Shown: piece after piece, positions 29,632 to 39,926 of the stretch
Position numbering within the stretch: the stretch's first letter is position 1
Layout: every line of letters starts with the position of its first letter
Source of the DNA: a virus
Reading direction: 5' to 3' (one strand)
Length of the DNA: 64,000 nucleotides
Virus record (IMG/VR): IMGVR_UViG_3300037264_003213
Location: 17,848 to 81,847 of that record
Translations under genes and position numbers: made by a program
Notes under the pieces: model-generated
Databases searched by the model: none
What the model saw: the letters and a program-made list of their open reading frames with translations, nothing else
What the model was told of the DNA's origin: nothing

Positions 29632-30888
29632 ATGTGGGTGGCTTTAAACAAAAAAAATATAGTAGCTGCGCTATCGGAACATCCATTTTCAATGACTGGA
29701 TACTCTGTCCGTCAATTGGATTTAAAAGAACCTAAAGAAAAGTGGCACAGCCTAATTGGGAAAAAACTTAATTTGGGGGATGCCAAAGAAGTCAAAAATC
29801 TAAGAATTGCCTTTGTGTGTAATTGGAATGATAATTGTGGAATTAGCACATATAGTAGCTATTTAGTCGATGCGTTAAAAACCAAAGTAAAAGAACTTCA
29901 TGTATTCTCCGAAAGCGGGTCGGATCGAACAGACGACCCGCCTTACGTTACTAGATGTTGGAAGCGGGGAACAAGTCTCAAGGGATTGATTGATAAAATT
30001 GTTGAATGGGCACCCGATTTTATTATCATTCAACATGAGTTTGGCATTTTCCCTAAAGCTACTTATTTTCTACAGTTGTTACAGGGGATTGAAGATATCC
30101 CTTATGTCGTAACAATGCATTCCGTCTATGAACATTTAGATAAGTCAATTTGCACATCCGCAGTGAAAGATATTGTGGTTCATAGTGAAGAAGGAAAGAA
30201 AGTTCTCAAGAAGCTCGGTAACGCCAATAATATTTACGTCGTCCCGCATGGTTGTGTCCAATTCAATGATGAAGACAAAACGGAGTTGTGGAATATATTT
30301 CAGACCCCTTATACTATTGTTCAGTTTGGATTTGGGTTCTTTTACAAAGGTGTAGATAGGGTGCTGGATGCTATTCATTATCTAAAGAGGTCTGATCCTA
30401 AATTCAAAGATATATTCTATTGTTATCTCTGTAGTGATAATTACCATACAAGTGTGGTTCATACTCAGTATTATGATTTTCTTATTAAGAAAATTGATGA
30501 GTTAAGTCTTCATGATAATGCTGTTATTATTCGTAAATTCCAAACTGACCAGATGATTAAGAATTATTTACGGACGGCTAAAATTGCTGTATTTCCATAT
30601 GTCGGTGATCCGAAGAACATGGTTTATGGGGCATCGGGGGCAATTCGGATAGCAATGGCGTGCGGAATTCCAGTCATTGCTAGCAGTTGTCATCAGTTTG
30701 ATGATTTGGAAGATGTGGTGCCTCGTCCCGCTAATTTTGCAGAGTTGGCAGATGAAATTGATGAAGTCTTTAGTAACCACAATCACAGAAAAAGCATCTT
30801 GGCAAAATCAGAAGCTTATATGGCTGCCAATACTTGGGGCATTAGTGCGGACAGATATATTAACTTATATTACCAAATTAATTCTTAA
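29632..30888 (+). CDS. glycosyltransferase family 4
   Basis: CGISTYS, QHEFGI, VPHG, FGF..YKG, GASGAIRIAMACGIPVI. Confidence 0.9.
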   Translation: MWVALNKKNIVAALSEHPFSMTGYSVRQLDLKEPKEKWHSLIGKKLNLGDAKEVKNLRIAFVCNWNDNCGISTYSSYLVDALKTKVKELHVFSESGSDRTDDPPYVTRCWKRGTSLKGLIDKIVEWAPDFIIIQHEFGIFPKATYFLQLLQGIEDIPYVVTMHSVYEHLDKSICTSAVKDIVVHSEEGKKVLKKLGNANNIYVVPHGCVQFNDEDKTELWNIFQTPYTIVQFGFGFFYKGVDRVLDAIHYLKRSDPKFKDIFYCYLCSDNYHTSVVHTQYYDFLIKKIDELSLHDNAVIIRKFQTDQMIKNYLRTAKIAVFPYVGDPKNMVYGASGAIRIAMACGIPVIASSCHQFDDLEDVVPRPANFAELADEIDEVFSNHNHRKSILAKSEAYMAANTWGISADRYINLYYQINS

Positions 30889-31214
30889 AGTGGCCCACTC
30901 ATATCTGCGGTACTAGGAGCGACGATATCTTTTTCTTCTGGATTGTTTCCCTTCCGCAAGTCATTTGGCATAAAATCTCTTTGTTTATCTCTATATTTGC
31001 CCAAAATTCTCTTAATATCATCGTCGTGTCTGGCAAGAGTATTGAAGAAATCCATTAGTCTTTCTTGATGCCTACTGATGGCCATTTGAGCTAATTTCAT
31101 TAACATTTCGTCTTCATTCGGCATCGCGTCTATATCACCCAGCGGCTGGTCATCTTCTTCGCCAACTTCGCGGGCTTCAACGAACTCTGAAAAACTTTTA
31201 ATTTTGTCCATCAC
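30885..31214 (-). CDS. hypothetical protein with capsid-targeting-like N-terminus
   Basis: KIKSFSEFVEAREV. Confidence 0.65.
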   Translation of the reverse strand: MMDKIKSFSEFVEAREVGEEDDQPLGDIDAMPNEDEMLMKLAQMAISRHQERLMDFFNTLARHDDDIKRILGKYRDKQRDFMPNDLRKGNNPEEKDIVAPSTADMSGPL

Positions 31215-31332
31215 TTTTTAAGCCTTTTTGCATATCTATGTTAGGTAGATTTAATAGTTTCAAAAATTGTACTATTAGCACTATATATCGGGGTAGCAAC
31301 ATAAAGGTATATATCCTTATTAGGAGATAGAT

Positions 31333-33186
31333 ATGAAAAGAAAACTAATCAATTATGATGTTTTCCAGAAGATCAGCGATGAATCATTAAGCAAATCAGA
31401 AAAAGAATTAATTGAAGCCGAAGAAGTATTAGCAAAAGCTTTGGGCGAAGAACAATTATCTCTTCATTGCTTTGGCGAATCCACTGCCACATATGAGACT
31501 TTGGATAAGTCTTATATTCACGCTGCATACCGTCTAGAAAGCAACAGCGTTGTATTCGAGAATATCGAACAATTAGTCATTGATAATAGCTCGGCAAGAG
31601 AAAAGGGTCATTCAATTCTCCGCAAGATGTTTGATGAATGCTTGAAGGAGAATAATGGCACCGCTGACTCTTTGTTCAAGGAATACATTGCACTTCCTTT
31701 CATTCGTCGTGACCTACAAGAAGGTGCAGGCGGTGCATGGGTTGAGCAGCCAAACAAGCCACATAAGAAGGGTAAGCCACAACCACCTTGGCTAGCACAG
31801 AAAAGAGCAGAGTCCAAGAAGCGAAGCCAGAAGTTGGTTAGCCCAGCTTTGAAAGCACAGAAGAAGCGTGAAGCTGACACTTTGAAGAAGCGTGGCGGTC
31901 CTGGTACACACGTTCATTTCCGTTTCAAGCCACAAACCAAGAAGAAGATGAAGGAATGGCACAATTTAACCGAAAACATTTTCAATTACATTGATTATCA
32001 GGAATTCGGTCCTATTGCGAAGGATTCGGAAATTAAGAAGGACGATCATGGCAACGTTGTTGCTATTCGTATCCCAGACACACATTCCCGTAATGAAGGC
32101 AAGATTTTGTCCTTCAATTGGAAGACATTGAATACTGATTGCATGGTTCTCCGTGCCAAGATGAAGAATCTAGCAGAAGACGTTAATTTCTGCAAGGCAA
32201 TGGCGGACCTACGCAAGTGTAATGCACTATCTGACAATAAGAAGTTGCAGGAAATTTTAGAAGCCATCGTAGTCAGATGGCCAAATGTTATTTATTTAAC
32301 TCAGGCTGAACTAGCTGGCTCTATTGCAACCGCACTAGACACAGTAGGTGAAACATCTTACGACGATCAGACTTGTGCATTCATGGCGGAAGGCATTTTG
32401 CGAACCGCAGTTGAAGCTTACAACGAAAGAGTACAGAGAATTATCAAGCTGTCTGGCATGAAGATAGAGGGCACAGATGACTCTTATCTAGATTTCCAGA
32501 ACATCGTTGAGAGATTCTATTCATTCCTAGATCAGAACACCAAGTTGGAAATGCAGGTTTATGTAGACCTATACAACGCATTAGTTGAAGTTTACAAACT
32601 TGGTCATGAAGAAGGCAATGAGTATTTAATGGGTGAAGCATCAGGTTTCCTCAGAGAACTCAAGGCCGTTGTCGATCAGACCGCTGAGCCAACTCTTGAT
32701 TTGGCTGGCGATGTAGCAGCATGGCTAAATCAGTTAGTTGAAACAAATCTAGATAGTGAAGATTGGAAAGTTTCCAACACTCCTCATCAGACTGTAAGTG
32801 GCGATCACCCACAAATGGCTAAGAACGCACAAAAGGGTTACGCCCCAAGTTCGGACTTTAGCGGTGATTGGGGCGATACAGCACCAGTTAGCGACGGCAA
32901 ATCCTATAAGGGTGGCTTAGCTGATGAAATGCGTAAGGACGCCTGGGGTAATTGGGCTAATGATGACACATGGCCATCAATTAGCAACCCATATGTTCCG
33001 AAGGCAGGCGTATGGACAATGAAGGGTGAAAAGGGTGCTGACGTAGACGGAACCGATGATTGGAGCCGCTACACATCCAAGGACACTTGGCCAGCATTGC
33101 AGAACCCATACGTTCCTAGTGAAGCAGGTGGGGAAGGTGGCACTGGCTATAAAATGAAGTCTGATAACCTAGTTGTTGACCAGTAA
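31333..33186 (+). CDS. probable prohead core/head assembly protein
   Basis: AGGAG SD, directly upstream of the prohead protease; LQE/LTE/LVE protease-site-like motifs. Confidence 0.55.
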   Translation: MKRKLINYDVFQKISDESLSKSEKELIEAEEVLAKALGEEQLSLHCFGESTATYETLDKSYIHAAYRLESNSVVFENIEQLVIDNSSAREKGHSILRKMFDECLKENNGTADSLFKEYIALPFIRRDLQEGAGGAWVEQPNKPHKKGKPQPPWLAQKRAESKKRSQKLVSPALKAQKKREADTLKKRGGPGTHVHFRFKPQTKKKMKEWHNLTENIFNYIDYQEFGPIAKDSEIKKDDHGNVVAIRIPDTHSRNEGKILSFNWKTLNTDCMVLRAKMKNLAEDVNFCKAMADLRKCNALSDNKKLQEILEAIVVRWPNVIYLTQAELAGSIATALDTVGETSYDDQTCAFMAEGILRTAVEAYNERVQRIIKLSGMKIEGTDDSYLDFQNIVERFYSFLDQNTKLEMQVYVDLYNALVEVYKLGHEEGNEYLMGEASGFLRELKAVVDQTAEPTLDLAGDVAAWLNQLVETNLDSEDWKVSNTPHQTVSGDHPQMAKNAQKGYAPSSDFSGDWGDTAPVSDGKSYKGGLADEMRKDAWGNWANDDTWPSISNPYVPKAGVWTMKGEKGADVDGTDDWSRYTSKDTWPALQNPYVPSEAGGEGGTGYKMKSDNLVVDQ

Positions 33187-33197
33187 TAAGGAGCTAA

Positions 33198-33866
33198 ATG
33201 AGCGAAGGCGTAATGCTGCTTAACGAATTTGATTGCTATGGATTTCAGATTGATCTTAAAGAATCCAATCTTGAAAAGAACCTTCTGAAATTCCGTGGCA
33301 AGTTACAAGAAGCAGAATGTGTAAATAAGAACAAACGTATGTATCCGTTCTCGGTATTAGACGAGAATGTACAGAAGTTACAGGAAATCGTAAAGGTCCG
33401 TGGGCTTTTAGGTGAGTTGGATCACCCTACGGATAGCATCATTCATTTTAAAGATGCTTCTCACGTCATTACAAAATTGTGGTGGGAAGGCAATATATTA
33501 ATGGGCGAAGGCGAGATATTAAACACAGCAATGGGCCGACAGTTGCGTGCATTGCTAGAAGGTAATATCAGAATCGGTATGAGCAGTCGTGGTGTAGGTA
33601 ACGGTAAGGTAAATGAGAATGGTATTTTGGTTATTAGCGAAGGCTATAAACTAATTACGTTTGATGCCGTTGCTGACCCATCAACTCCTGCGGCTTTCCA
33701 AGAGAGAGTGGTAGGAAAGCGAGAGAATTATATTACTCAAAATATTGATAATTATGAGAAAAATAATAGCTCCCGCATATATACCATTAAGAAAGAGGTT
33801 GTAATAGCCGCTTTGAGTGGTTTAGTTAAGGAATCAACTGATAAATATTTGGCGAGGTCTAAATGA
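33198..33866 (+). CDS. prohead protease (T4 gp21-like)
   Basis: NKNKRMY, GELDHP, SHVI, GMSSRGVG, FDAVADPS. Confidence 0.95.
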   Translation: MSEGVMLLNEFDCYGFQIDLKESNLEKNLLKFRGKLQEAECVNKNKRMYPFSVLDENVQKLQEIVKVRGLLGELDHPTDSIIHFKDASHVITKLWWEGNILMGEGEILNTAMGRQLRALLEGNIRIGMSSRGVGNGKVNENGILVISEGYKLITFDAVADPSTPAAFQERVVGKRENYITQNIDNYEKNNSSRIYTIKKEVVIAALSGLVKESTDKYLARSK

Positions 33867-34804
33867 TGAAAAACATAGTCGAAGTATTGAAGAGTCTTCT
33901 ACCTGAAGATCAGCTAAAAGAAGTCGCAGCGATAATTGATGAAACCATCAAGGAAGCTGTTGTGGACGTTGCTAAGCAAAAGGAAGCTGAATTTAACAAG
34001 CAGCTTGAAAATGCTTACAACGAACTTTCAGCGGAACTACAGACTGCTGAGAAGACAGCAGAACAAGGTTACGAGGAAGCGTATGCGATTATTACTGACC
34101 TCCGTAACAGATTAGAAGTTCAGAGAGAAGAATTCGAGAAGACCCTAGAAGAAGGGTACGAAGAAGCCTATCAAATGTTGTTGGCTGAACGTGCCAAGAA
34201 TAGCACTCTCGAAGTCGATCTCTACGAAGAGTACGAGAAGAAGTATGTCGAACTTAAAGAGCAGTTTGTGGACATGCTTGATAAATTCTTGCACGACAAG
34301 GGTGCAGAAATCTATGAGCAGGCCCGACGTGATTTGGTCAACGACCCACGTTATGCCGAACACAAGGTTGCTTTGGATAAGATTGCAGAAATCGCTGCTA
34401 ATTATCTAACTGGTGAAGAAATTGCATTAGCGACCAGCAGCAAACTAGAAGATGCTTACAATCAGCTTGAAGAGATGAAGGGACAGATCAAGATTATGGA
34501 AGCTCGTAATATCCGCCTAGCGCGTGATAACGAGAAGATGACTGAAACTGTCCGTGCAACAAATAACGTTGTAACTGAGTCTCGTAGAGTTGATAAGAAA
34601 GAAAGAGTTGCACAGGCGAAAGGCGTATCGGGGAGAGGCAGAGTTGTTACAGAGGAAGACACCAAGGTTATTGCGGAATATAACCAGGCATCTGTTAATA
34701 ACAAAGATACCACAGATGTAGCAGCACTTGTAGAGAGTTTAATGCCAGGCGTAGACCAGGCAACATTAAACACCCTAGCAGGTACGGCTAAGAATCGAAG
34801 ATAA
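33863..34804 (+). CDS. prohead scaffolding protein (T4 gp22-like)
   Basis: Acidic coiled coil between protease and capsid genes. Confidence 0.8.
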   Translation: MMKNIVEVLKSLLPEDQLKEVAAIIDETIKEAVVDVAKQKEAEFNKQLENAYNELSAELQTAEKTAEQGYEEAYAIITDLRNRLEVQREEFEKTLEEGYEEAYQMLLAERAKNSTLEVDLYEEYEKKYVELKEQFVDMLDKFLHDKGAEIYEQARRDLVNDPRYAEHKVALDKIAEIAANYLTGEEIALATSSKLEDAYNQLEEMKGQIKIMEARNIRLARDNEKMTETVRATNNVVTESRRVDKKERVAQAKGVSGRGRVVTEEDTKVIAEYNQASVNNKDTTDVAALVESLMPGVDQATLNTLAGTAKNRR

Positions 34805-34840
34805 TAACTTTAATATAAGTTATAAAAGGAATATAGATTA

Positions 34841-36277
34841 ATGAACGCAAACTCAAGGTTTTTGAATGAAGCCCGTGAACTTGAAGGCAAGTGGGGCCAG
34901 ACTGGTTTGCTAGAAGGTATCGACTCACGATATGAGCGCTCTTGCGCCGCAGTTCTTCTAGAAAATCAGAGACTATATAATGAAATCGCAACAGACACTG
35001 GCGATATCGCACAGTTCAAGCGTATTTCGATCCCGTTGATTCGTAGAATTTACCCACAGTTGATCGCCAACAAAATCGTAAGCGTACAGCCGCTTCTTGG
35101 CCCAACTGGTTTGGTATACTACCTAAGATTCCGTTATTCCAGCAACAAGGGCGCTCGCCGTGGTGCTGATAACAATGGCGGTTTCCCAGCAGATGATATT
35201 AACTCCCTACAGCAGTTGGCTGACGGAACAGCAAACTTGGATATTTTCTATTCAAGCCAGTTCGTTCAGAACGAATCCACCAACACTGACCCAGGTGCAG
35301 TTGTAATATCGGCTTATGCTCCTCTAGAGCATACCCCAATCCTCGCTGGCACAATGACTGGTACTGTCTTTGATGGTGCAGTCGCCGTCCAGACCTTCAC
35401 CGTCAGCAGCGCGGGCGTATTCACCTTCACCGCAATTGGCGCACCAGCAGCGTTTATCGTTGCCGCGACCTTGAACCTAGTAACAGGTGAATTAGTAGCA
35501 ACATGGAACGTAGCCGCAGGTCCAAATAACTTAGTGCTTTCATATGAGTATAATATGGAATGCAACCAGGATTTGCCAGAAATCAACCTAGTTGTCGAAT
35601 CCGAAGAAATTGCGGCTAAGACTCGTAAGTTGAAGGCAGTATGGTCATATGAAGCACAGCAGGACTTGCGTTCCCAGCACAACTTGGACGCAGAAGCTGA
35701 ACTAACAGCAGTCTTGGCACAGGAAATAAATTTAGAAATAGATCGTGAGGTATTAACTGATTTGTTACTAAATGCAGGCACAGTAGGAGCCTGGGACTTT
35801 GGTACGGCATTAGGTGATACTATCAAGGAAAAGTATGAGTCTCTATATGTCAAGATCGTAGAAATGTCTGCGGTCATCCACAGAAAGACTCTACGCGGTG
35901 GTGCAAACTGGATCGTAACTTCTCCTGAAGTTGCATCTATCTTTGAAACCGCAACCGCAGGTTTTGCTCCAGCCCCATCTGAAACCTTCACCTCAAGTCT
36001 AGGTATTCAGTATGTTGGCACAATTAACAACCGTTGGAGATTATACAAAGACCCACTCTTTAGAACCAACCAAATCCTCATGGGTTATAAGGGTGATTCT
36101 TATATGGACAGTGGCTACTTCTATTGCCCATACGTTCCTCTAACTCAGACTCCAGTAGTTCTTGATCCAGAGTCTTTCTGCCCAAGAAAGGGTATCTTGA
36201 CGCGCTATGGAAAGAAACTACTAAGAGAAGGCGCTAAGTTCTACGCAAGAATGACAATCCACAACTTCGTAATCTAA
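34841..36277 (+). CDS. major capsid protein (T4 gp23-like)
   Basis: LLENQ, VQPLLGPTGLVYYLR, KTRKLKAVWSYEAQQDL, EIDREV, YCPYVPL, GILTRYG. Confidence 0.97.
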   Translation: MNANSRFLNEARELEGKWGQTGLLEGIDSRYERSCAAVLLENQRLYNEIATDTGDIAQFKRISIPLIRRIYPQLIANKIVSVQPLLGPTGLVYYLRFRYSSNKGARRGADNNGGFPADDINSLQQLADGTANLDIFYSSQFVQNESTNTDPGAVVISAYAPLEHTPILAGTMTGTVFDGAVAVQTFTVSSAGVFTFTAIGAPAAFIVAATLNLVTGELVATWNVAAGPNNLVLSYEYNMECNQDLPEINLVVESEEIAAKTRKLKAVWSYEAQQDLRSQHNLDAEAELTAVLAQEINLEIDREVLTDLLLNAGTVGAWDFGTALGDTIKEKYESLYVKIVEMSAVIHRKTLRGGANWIVTSPEVASIFETATAGFAPAPSETFTSSLGIQYVGTINNRWRLYKDPLFRTNQILMGYKGDSYMDSGYFYCPYVPLTQTPVVLDPESFCPRKGILTRYGKKLLREGAKFYARMTIHNFVI

Positions 36278-36303
36278 CAAGACTTACGACGAATAAATAA
36301 CTG

Positions 36304-36334
36304 AAAGGCCCGATGGAAACATCGGGCCTTTTTG
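36304..36334 (+). terminator. rho-independent terminator after the capsid gene
   Basis: aaaggcccgatg-gaaa-catcgggccttttt. Confidence 0.9.
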
Positions 36335-36342
36335 TTTCTGTC

Positions 36343-36371
36343 TTGACAAGGGAGTATTTATTTGCTATGTC
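36343..36371 (+). promoter_or_regulatory. sigma70-like promoter
   Basis: TTGACA-17 nt-TATGTC. Confidence 0.45.
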
Positions 36372-36390
36372 CTTATCAGGAGTAATTAAT

Positions 36391-37179
36391 ATGACAAATC
36401 TAAGATTTAGAAGATACCACTATCATATCAGTCCAAAAGCTGGAGTTATATACTGCGACTCATCATATGAAATTAAAGCGGCATTAATTTTAGACAATGA
36501 TGAGGACGTGTTGTTTTATGAAACTCAAATACAGTTTGACGGACAAAACAAAAAGCGATTTCTAGATTTTCTGGCAACATATAAATCAAAAGCAAAAGTA
36601 GTTATAGAGGTTAAGCCTAAAACTCGCCTAATGCAGTTTGAAGAACAAATTAACGATAACAGACAATACGCCTTGTCCAATGGCTATGGATTTGAGGTTT
36701 GGACAGAGAATGAACTTGGCTTTAGGAATGATTACGCGGCGACCAAATGGGCTGATGAATATTTAAGTCAATTTCATGGTGTCGATTATACTGAAATTAG
36801 AAAACAAAATGGACTAAAAAGAGCCAAACGCCATTACCGTAAGAAAATAGCCACAGAGAAAATCACTTTCTACTGTGAGTTTTGTAAAGAGGAGCATTCG
36901 CCACTTCGACTGAGCTATGAAAAAAACATCAAGAAGAATGGACGGTTTATTTGCATTAAGGAGAATGGGTATATCACTGGCAGTTTGCCAAAAACGAAAA
37001 ACGAGAATTTGGTGGAGCGGCAGTGCAAGAAGTGTTCTGAGGTTTTACCGATGGATCAATTTTCCAAAGGAAAAGCAATTTGCAAGAAGTGCAGAGCCGC
37101 AATCTACAAGGAAAAATATCAGTCTGAATTAGAAGTAAAAAGGTTTAAGTACATATCAAAAAAGGACTTGTGGCAATAA
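36391..37179 (+). CDS. TnsA-like PD-(D/E)XK endonuclease with zinc fingers (homing-endonuclease-like)
   Basis: DSSYE, FLDFL, VIEVKP, FEVWTE; C-terminal CxxC pairs; AGGAG SD before 36391. Confidence 0.75.
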   Translation: MTNLRFRRYHYHISPKAGVIYCDSSYEIKAALILDNDEDVLFYETQIQFDGQNKKRFLDFLATYKSKAKVVIEVKPKTRLMQFEEQINDNRQYALSNGYGFEVWTENELGFRNDYAATKWADEYLSQFHGVDYTEIRKQNGLKRAKRHYRKKIATEKITFYCEFCKEEHSPLRLSYEKNIKKNGRFICIKENGYITGSLPKTKNENLVERQCKKCSEVLPMDQFSKGKAICKKCRAAIYKEKYQSELEVKRFKYISKKDLWQ

Positions 37180-37234
37180 CGGAGGAACTTGGGACAACCG
37201 TTTTCCGTGGTCCAGCAGAAAAAATAAATTTGCC

Positions 37235-37262
37235 TTGACAAATCCGAATCTGAAGCTAGGAT
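37235..37262 (+). promoter_or_regulatory. sigma70-like early promoter
   Basis: TTGACA-16 nt-TAGGAT. Confidence 0.55.
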
Positions 37263-37300
37263 AGTCGCATTGGTTTCGTTAACTTTTTAAGGAGATTAGC

Positions 37301-38491
37301 ATGAGCCAAAACAACTATCCCCCTCTCTATTACTTCATTGAGGACATGAAGCGTAAGGGAGTCAACGTCGCGGAAGTAGAAGTTGGCCCCGAAGACATGA
37401 TGTGGTTGCTTTCTAAGAGCAAGGGCAACCGTGATTTGCGCCAAAGTGAGATTGAGCGGTTGATTGATGCAATCCTGGCGGGGAATTGGGTGCCAGGCGA
37501 TTCCGCCGCCATGTTAACCAAGGGTGACGATACCTTGATTAACTTCCACCACCGCGCTCACGCTATTATAGCAGCAGGCAAAAGGGTCAAAATCCTTATT
37601 AGGATTAACTGTGATCCTAGCGAAGCGAAGTTTATCGACACGGGCATCATCCGTACACCGTTGGATGTACCAGCGTTTGACCCCACTGTGAATTATCTCA
37701 ATCGACGGAACGTTGTCATTGCCCGCGTCTGCCTGTCGGACGGTGGTTCAGCTTATAGTGACCGCGACCTAACTAACAATGCCATATGCGATTGGGTCAA
37801 GGTTTACAAGCCGCAAATTGACAAGGTTTGTGATGATTTCTTCCACGGTAAAGATGAGTACAAAATTACTCAGTCGGTGGTTCAGGGTGCTTTTACGCTA
37901 GCATTGCTCAACGGCAAAAATGAAGCCGCCTTGAGGTTTGCCGCTCGTTACTTGATTGACCCAGCCTCTCAAGACAAGCGGCATGGCACCAATACTATCC
38001 AAGAATTTCGGGATGCACTGTTGGAAGGAAAACCGACTTCGGCAGGTGGTTCTGCCCGTAAGGACGTGTTTGCGTTGTCTTGTATCTTCTTGCATACATT
38101 CCTTGCGAATTGGACCGACCCCACTAGCAAAGAATTAGCGAAAAAGCCAACCTGGAAAAAAGGCAAAGGTTACGCTGCTTTTAAGCCGATTGCTGCTAGC
38201 TTCGCTTGCCCTGGCGTCAAGAAGGTGAAGCGGCGTGATCCAGTATTCGTGTACTACTTGCGGTTGGCAATGGATAAGTTCCCATCCAACTCTACTCTAT
38301 CCGCCGCAGAGATTGGCAGAAAGATGATAGAGGTTGGATATAAGGTTAACTCCAACAAGCCAGCCGAACTAGCGGCGAAGAAGCTGAATAGGCTGTTTAG
38401 GACAGTTGATACCCTTGATCTTGGTAAAGGTGTCCTCTCGACGGTGGTAGAGGAAAAAAAGAAGGTCTTTATTTGGAGTTTGGCAGCTTAA
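37301..38491 (+). CDS. ParB-like N-terminal domain protein
   Basis: GNRDLRQ...ILAGNW...LINFHHRAHAII (variant of DGQHRL)...IDTGIIRT; AAGGAG SD. Confidence 0.6.
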   Translation: MSQNNYPPLYYFIEDMKRKGVNVAEVEVGPEDMMWLLSKSKGNRDLRQSEIERLIDAILAGNWVPGDSAAMLTKGDDTLINFHHRAHAIIAAGKRVKILIRINCDPSEAKFIDTGIIRTPLDVPAFDPTVNYLNRRNVVIARVCLSDGGSAYSDRDLTNNAICDWVKVYKPQIDKVCDDFFHGKDEYKITQSVVQGAFTLALLNGKNEAALRFAARYLIDPASQDKRHGTNTIQEFRDALLEGKPTSAGGSARKDVFALSCIFLHTFLANWTDPTSKELAKKPTWKKGKGYAAFKPIAASFACPGVKKVKRRDPVFVYYLRLAMDKFPSNSTLSAAEIGRKMIEVGYKVNSNKPAELAAKKLNRLFRTVDTLDLGKGVLSTVVEEKKKVFIWSLAA

Positions 38492-38505
38492 TTGTAACTA
38501 TTAAC

Positions 38506-38539
38506 GAAAAGACCCCGCCAGAAATGGCGGGGTTTTTTC
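38506..38539 (+). terminator. rho-independent terminator
   Basis: gaaaagaccccgcca-gaaa-tggcggggttttttc. Confidence 0.9.
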
Positions 38540-38549
38540 GTTTAATGAT

Positions 38550-38557
38550 TATAAATA
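38550..38557 (+). promoter_or_regulatory. T4-type late promoter
   Basis: TATAAATA 4 nt before the ATG at 38562. Confidence 0.7.
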
Positions 38558-38561
38558 AAGT

Positions 38562-39122
38562 ATGAAATATGGATTTATAGAATGGATTAAAATAAGAGAA
38601 TCCAATGATTTAAGAAACAAAAAACAGGAGTTTGTTGATAGGGTATATGACGTTTACAAAAGTAATCCTAGTCTGAGTGACAAAGAAATAGCTAAAATTG
38701 TTGAGCCAAATTATCAAAGAAGAATAACTGTAGATACGAGGATACCAGGAATACTTTGGACTTTTAGAGGACTTCCTGAATTAATTAAAAAGGGCATTGC
38801 GGAAAATCCACATTTAGATAATGAAGAACTTGCATCATTATTACAACATACAGATAAAAATGTGTTATGGTGGATGATACATGATGTTAGAGGGAATATA
38901 CCAAGGGACAAATTGTATCCAATGCCAACAGGAACAGAGCCAGTGCAGGTACAAAGGCAAGCACAAAAACAAAGACAATCGCAACCAGAGCCAACGATGC
39001 CGTGGCCGCAATCACTATTTTATGAGCCAGCAGCAAAAGATCAAAGTAATACTGCCAACACTTATTTTGGATATGGAACGGGTGGTGGTAGAAGAGTATT
39101 GAGAAAACCACCAAATTCATAA
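38562..39122 (+). CDS. hypothetical late protein with capsid-targeting-like N-terminus
   Basis: MKYGFIEWIKIRES; internal repeat NPSLSDKEIA / NPHLDNEELA. Confidence 0.7.
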   Translation: MKYGFIEWIKIRESNDLRNKKQEFVDRVYDVYKSNPSLSDKEIAKIVEPNYQRRITVDTRIPGILWTFRGLPELIKKGIAENPHLDNEELASLLQHTDKNVLWWMIHDVRGNIPRDKLYPMPTGTEPVQVQRQAQKQRQSQPEPTMPWPQSLFYEPAAKDQSNTANTYFGYGTGGGRRVLRKPPNS

Positions 39123-39145
39123 AATAAAAGCCTGCGCAAATACAC

Positions 39146-39382
39146 ATGATTGGCTCGCCTGCGTTAGTTCTAGGCTTCTGTCACTACGACGATGAAGATG
39201 AATGGTGGGACAAATATCAACTGTTCACGATGGAAAATTATTTAGAATGTCAATATAAATGGCAACCACCTGACCTTAATAATTCGTGGTCATCGAGTAT
39301 TTATAAAAATCAGGAAGAGTGTGATAAAGCTTCCAAACAAATGCGGGAAGCTGCCCAAAAGTTTAGTAAGTATGCTGATTAA
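39146..39382 (+). CDS. hypothetical protein
   Basis: 78-aa ORF. Confidence 0.5.
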   Translation: MIGSPALVLGFCHYDDEDEWWDKYQLFTMENYLECQYKWQPPDLNNSWSSSIYKNQEECDKASKQMREAAQKFSKYAD

Positions 39383-39858
39383 ACCTCCACAAACCATTCT
39401 AAAGGAATACACTTGACAGATTGAGAGTTACGAGAGTTTGTACTACGTTTGTTTTTATGTGGTTGCTTTAACAACTCAGCGACTCTTTGAGGATGAATGT
39501 TGGCAGATCGCGGCTTGCAATTCTTGATTTCAACCAAAAATACGAAACCCGTTGTAATGTATTTTTTAATGACTGATTCGTTTAAGAAAATACCACTTCT
39601 CAAGAATGGCGTTTCCCACCCTTTAGAAAACCGTGTTGTTTCCCCTGAATGATTGGGGAAGCCCTTCCTCCTCGCTTCCACATACTGAATCTCGCCTCCT
39701 TTGAGTCCAATTATCCCATCTGTATCTCCATCGTCATTCTCTCCTTGCAACTTGATTATTTTAGATTCTGAAATTGTAGCGGCATACTTTACTATCAAAT
39801 CCCGCTCTAGGACAAGTTCCTCTTTGTGACGCTGTTCAATAAACATATCCGTCTCCAA
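39379..39858 (-). CDS. hypothetical protein, possible PD-(D/E)XK nuclease
   Basis: DTDGII...YVEARRK. Confidence 0.45.
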   Translation of the reverse strand: METDMFIEQRHKEELVLERDLIVKYAATISESKIIKLQGENDDGDTDGIIGLKGGEIQYVEARRKGFPNHSGETTRFSKGWETPFLRSGIFLNESVIKKYITTGFVFLVEIKNCKPRSANIHPQRVAELLKQPHKNKRSTNSRNSQSVKCIPLEWFVEV

Positions 39859-39926
39859 ATTTATCGCATGATTATACTATTGATTTCTGAAATTAGCAAG
39901 AGTAACTGGATTTGCCAACGCTATTC

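Noticed and set aside
35314-35991. Long antisense ORFs in the track (e.g. 35314-35991, 10745-11260, 28139-28585, 18278-18484)
   Set aside because: Shadow frames of strongly biased or repetitive real genes; no motifs or translation signals
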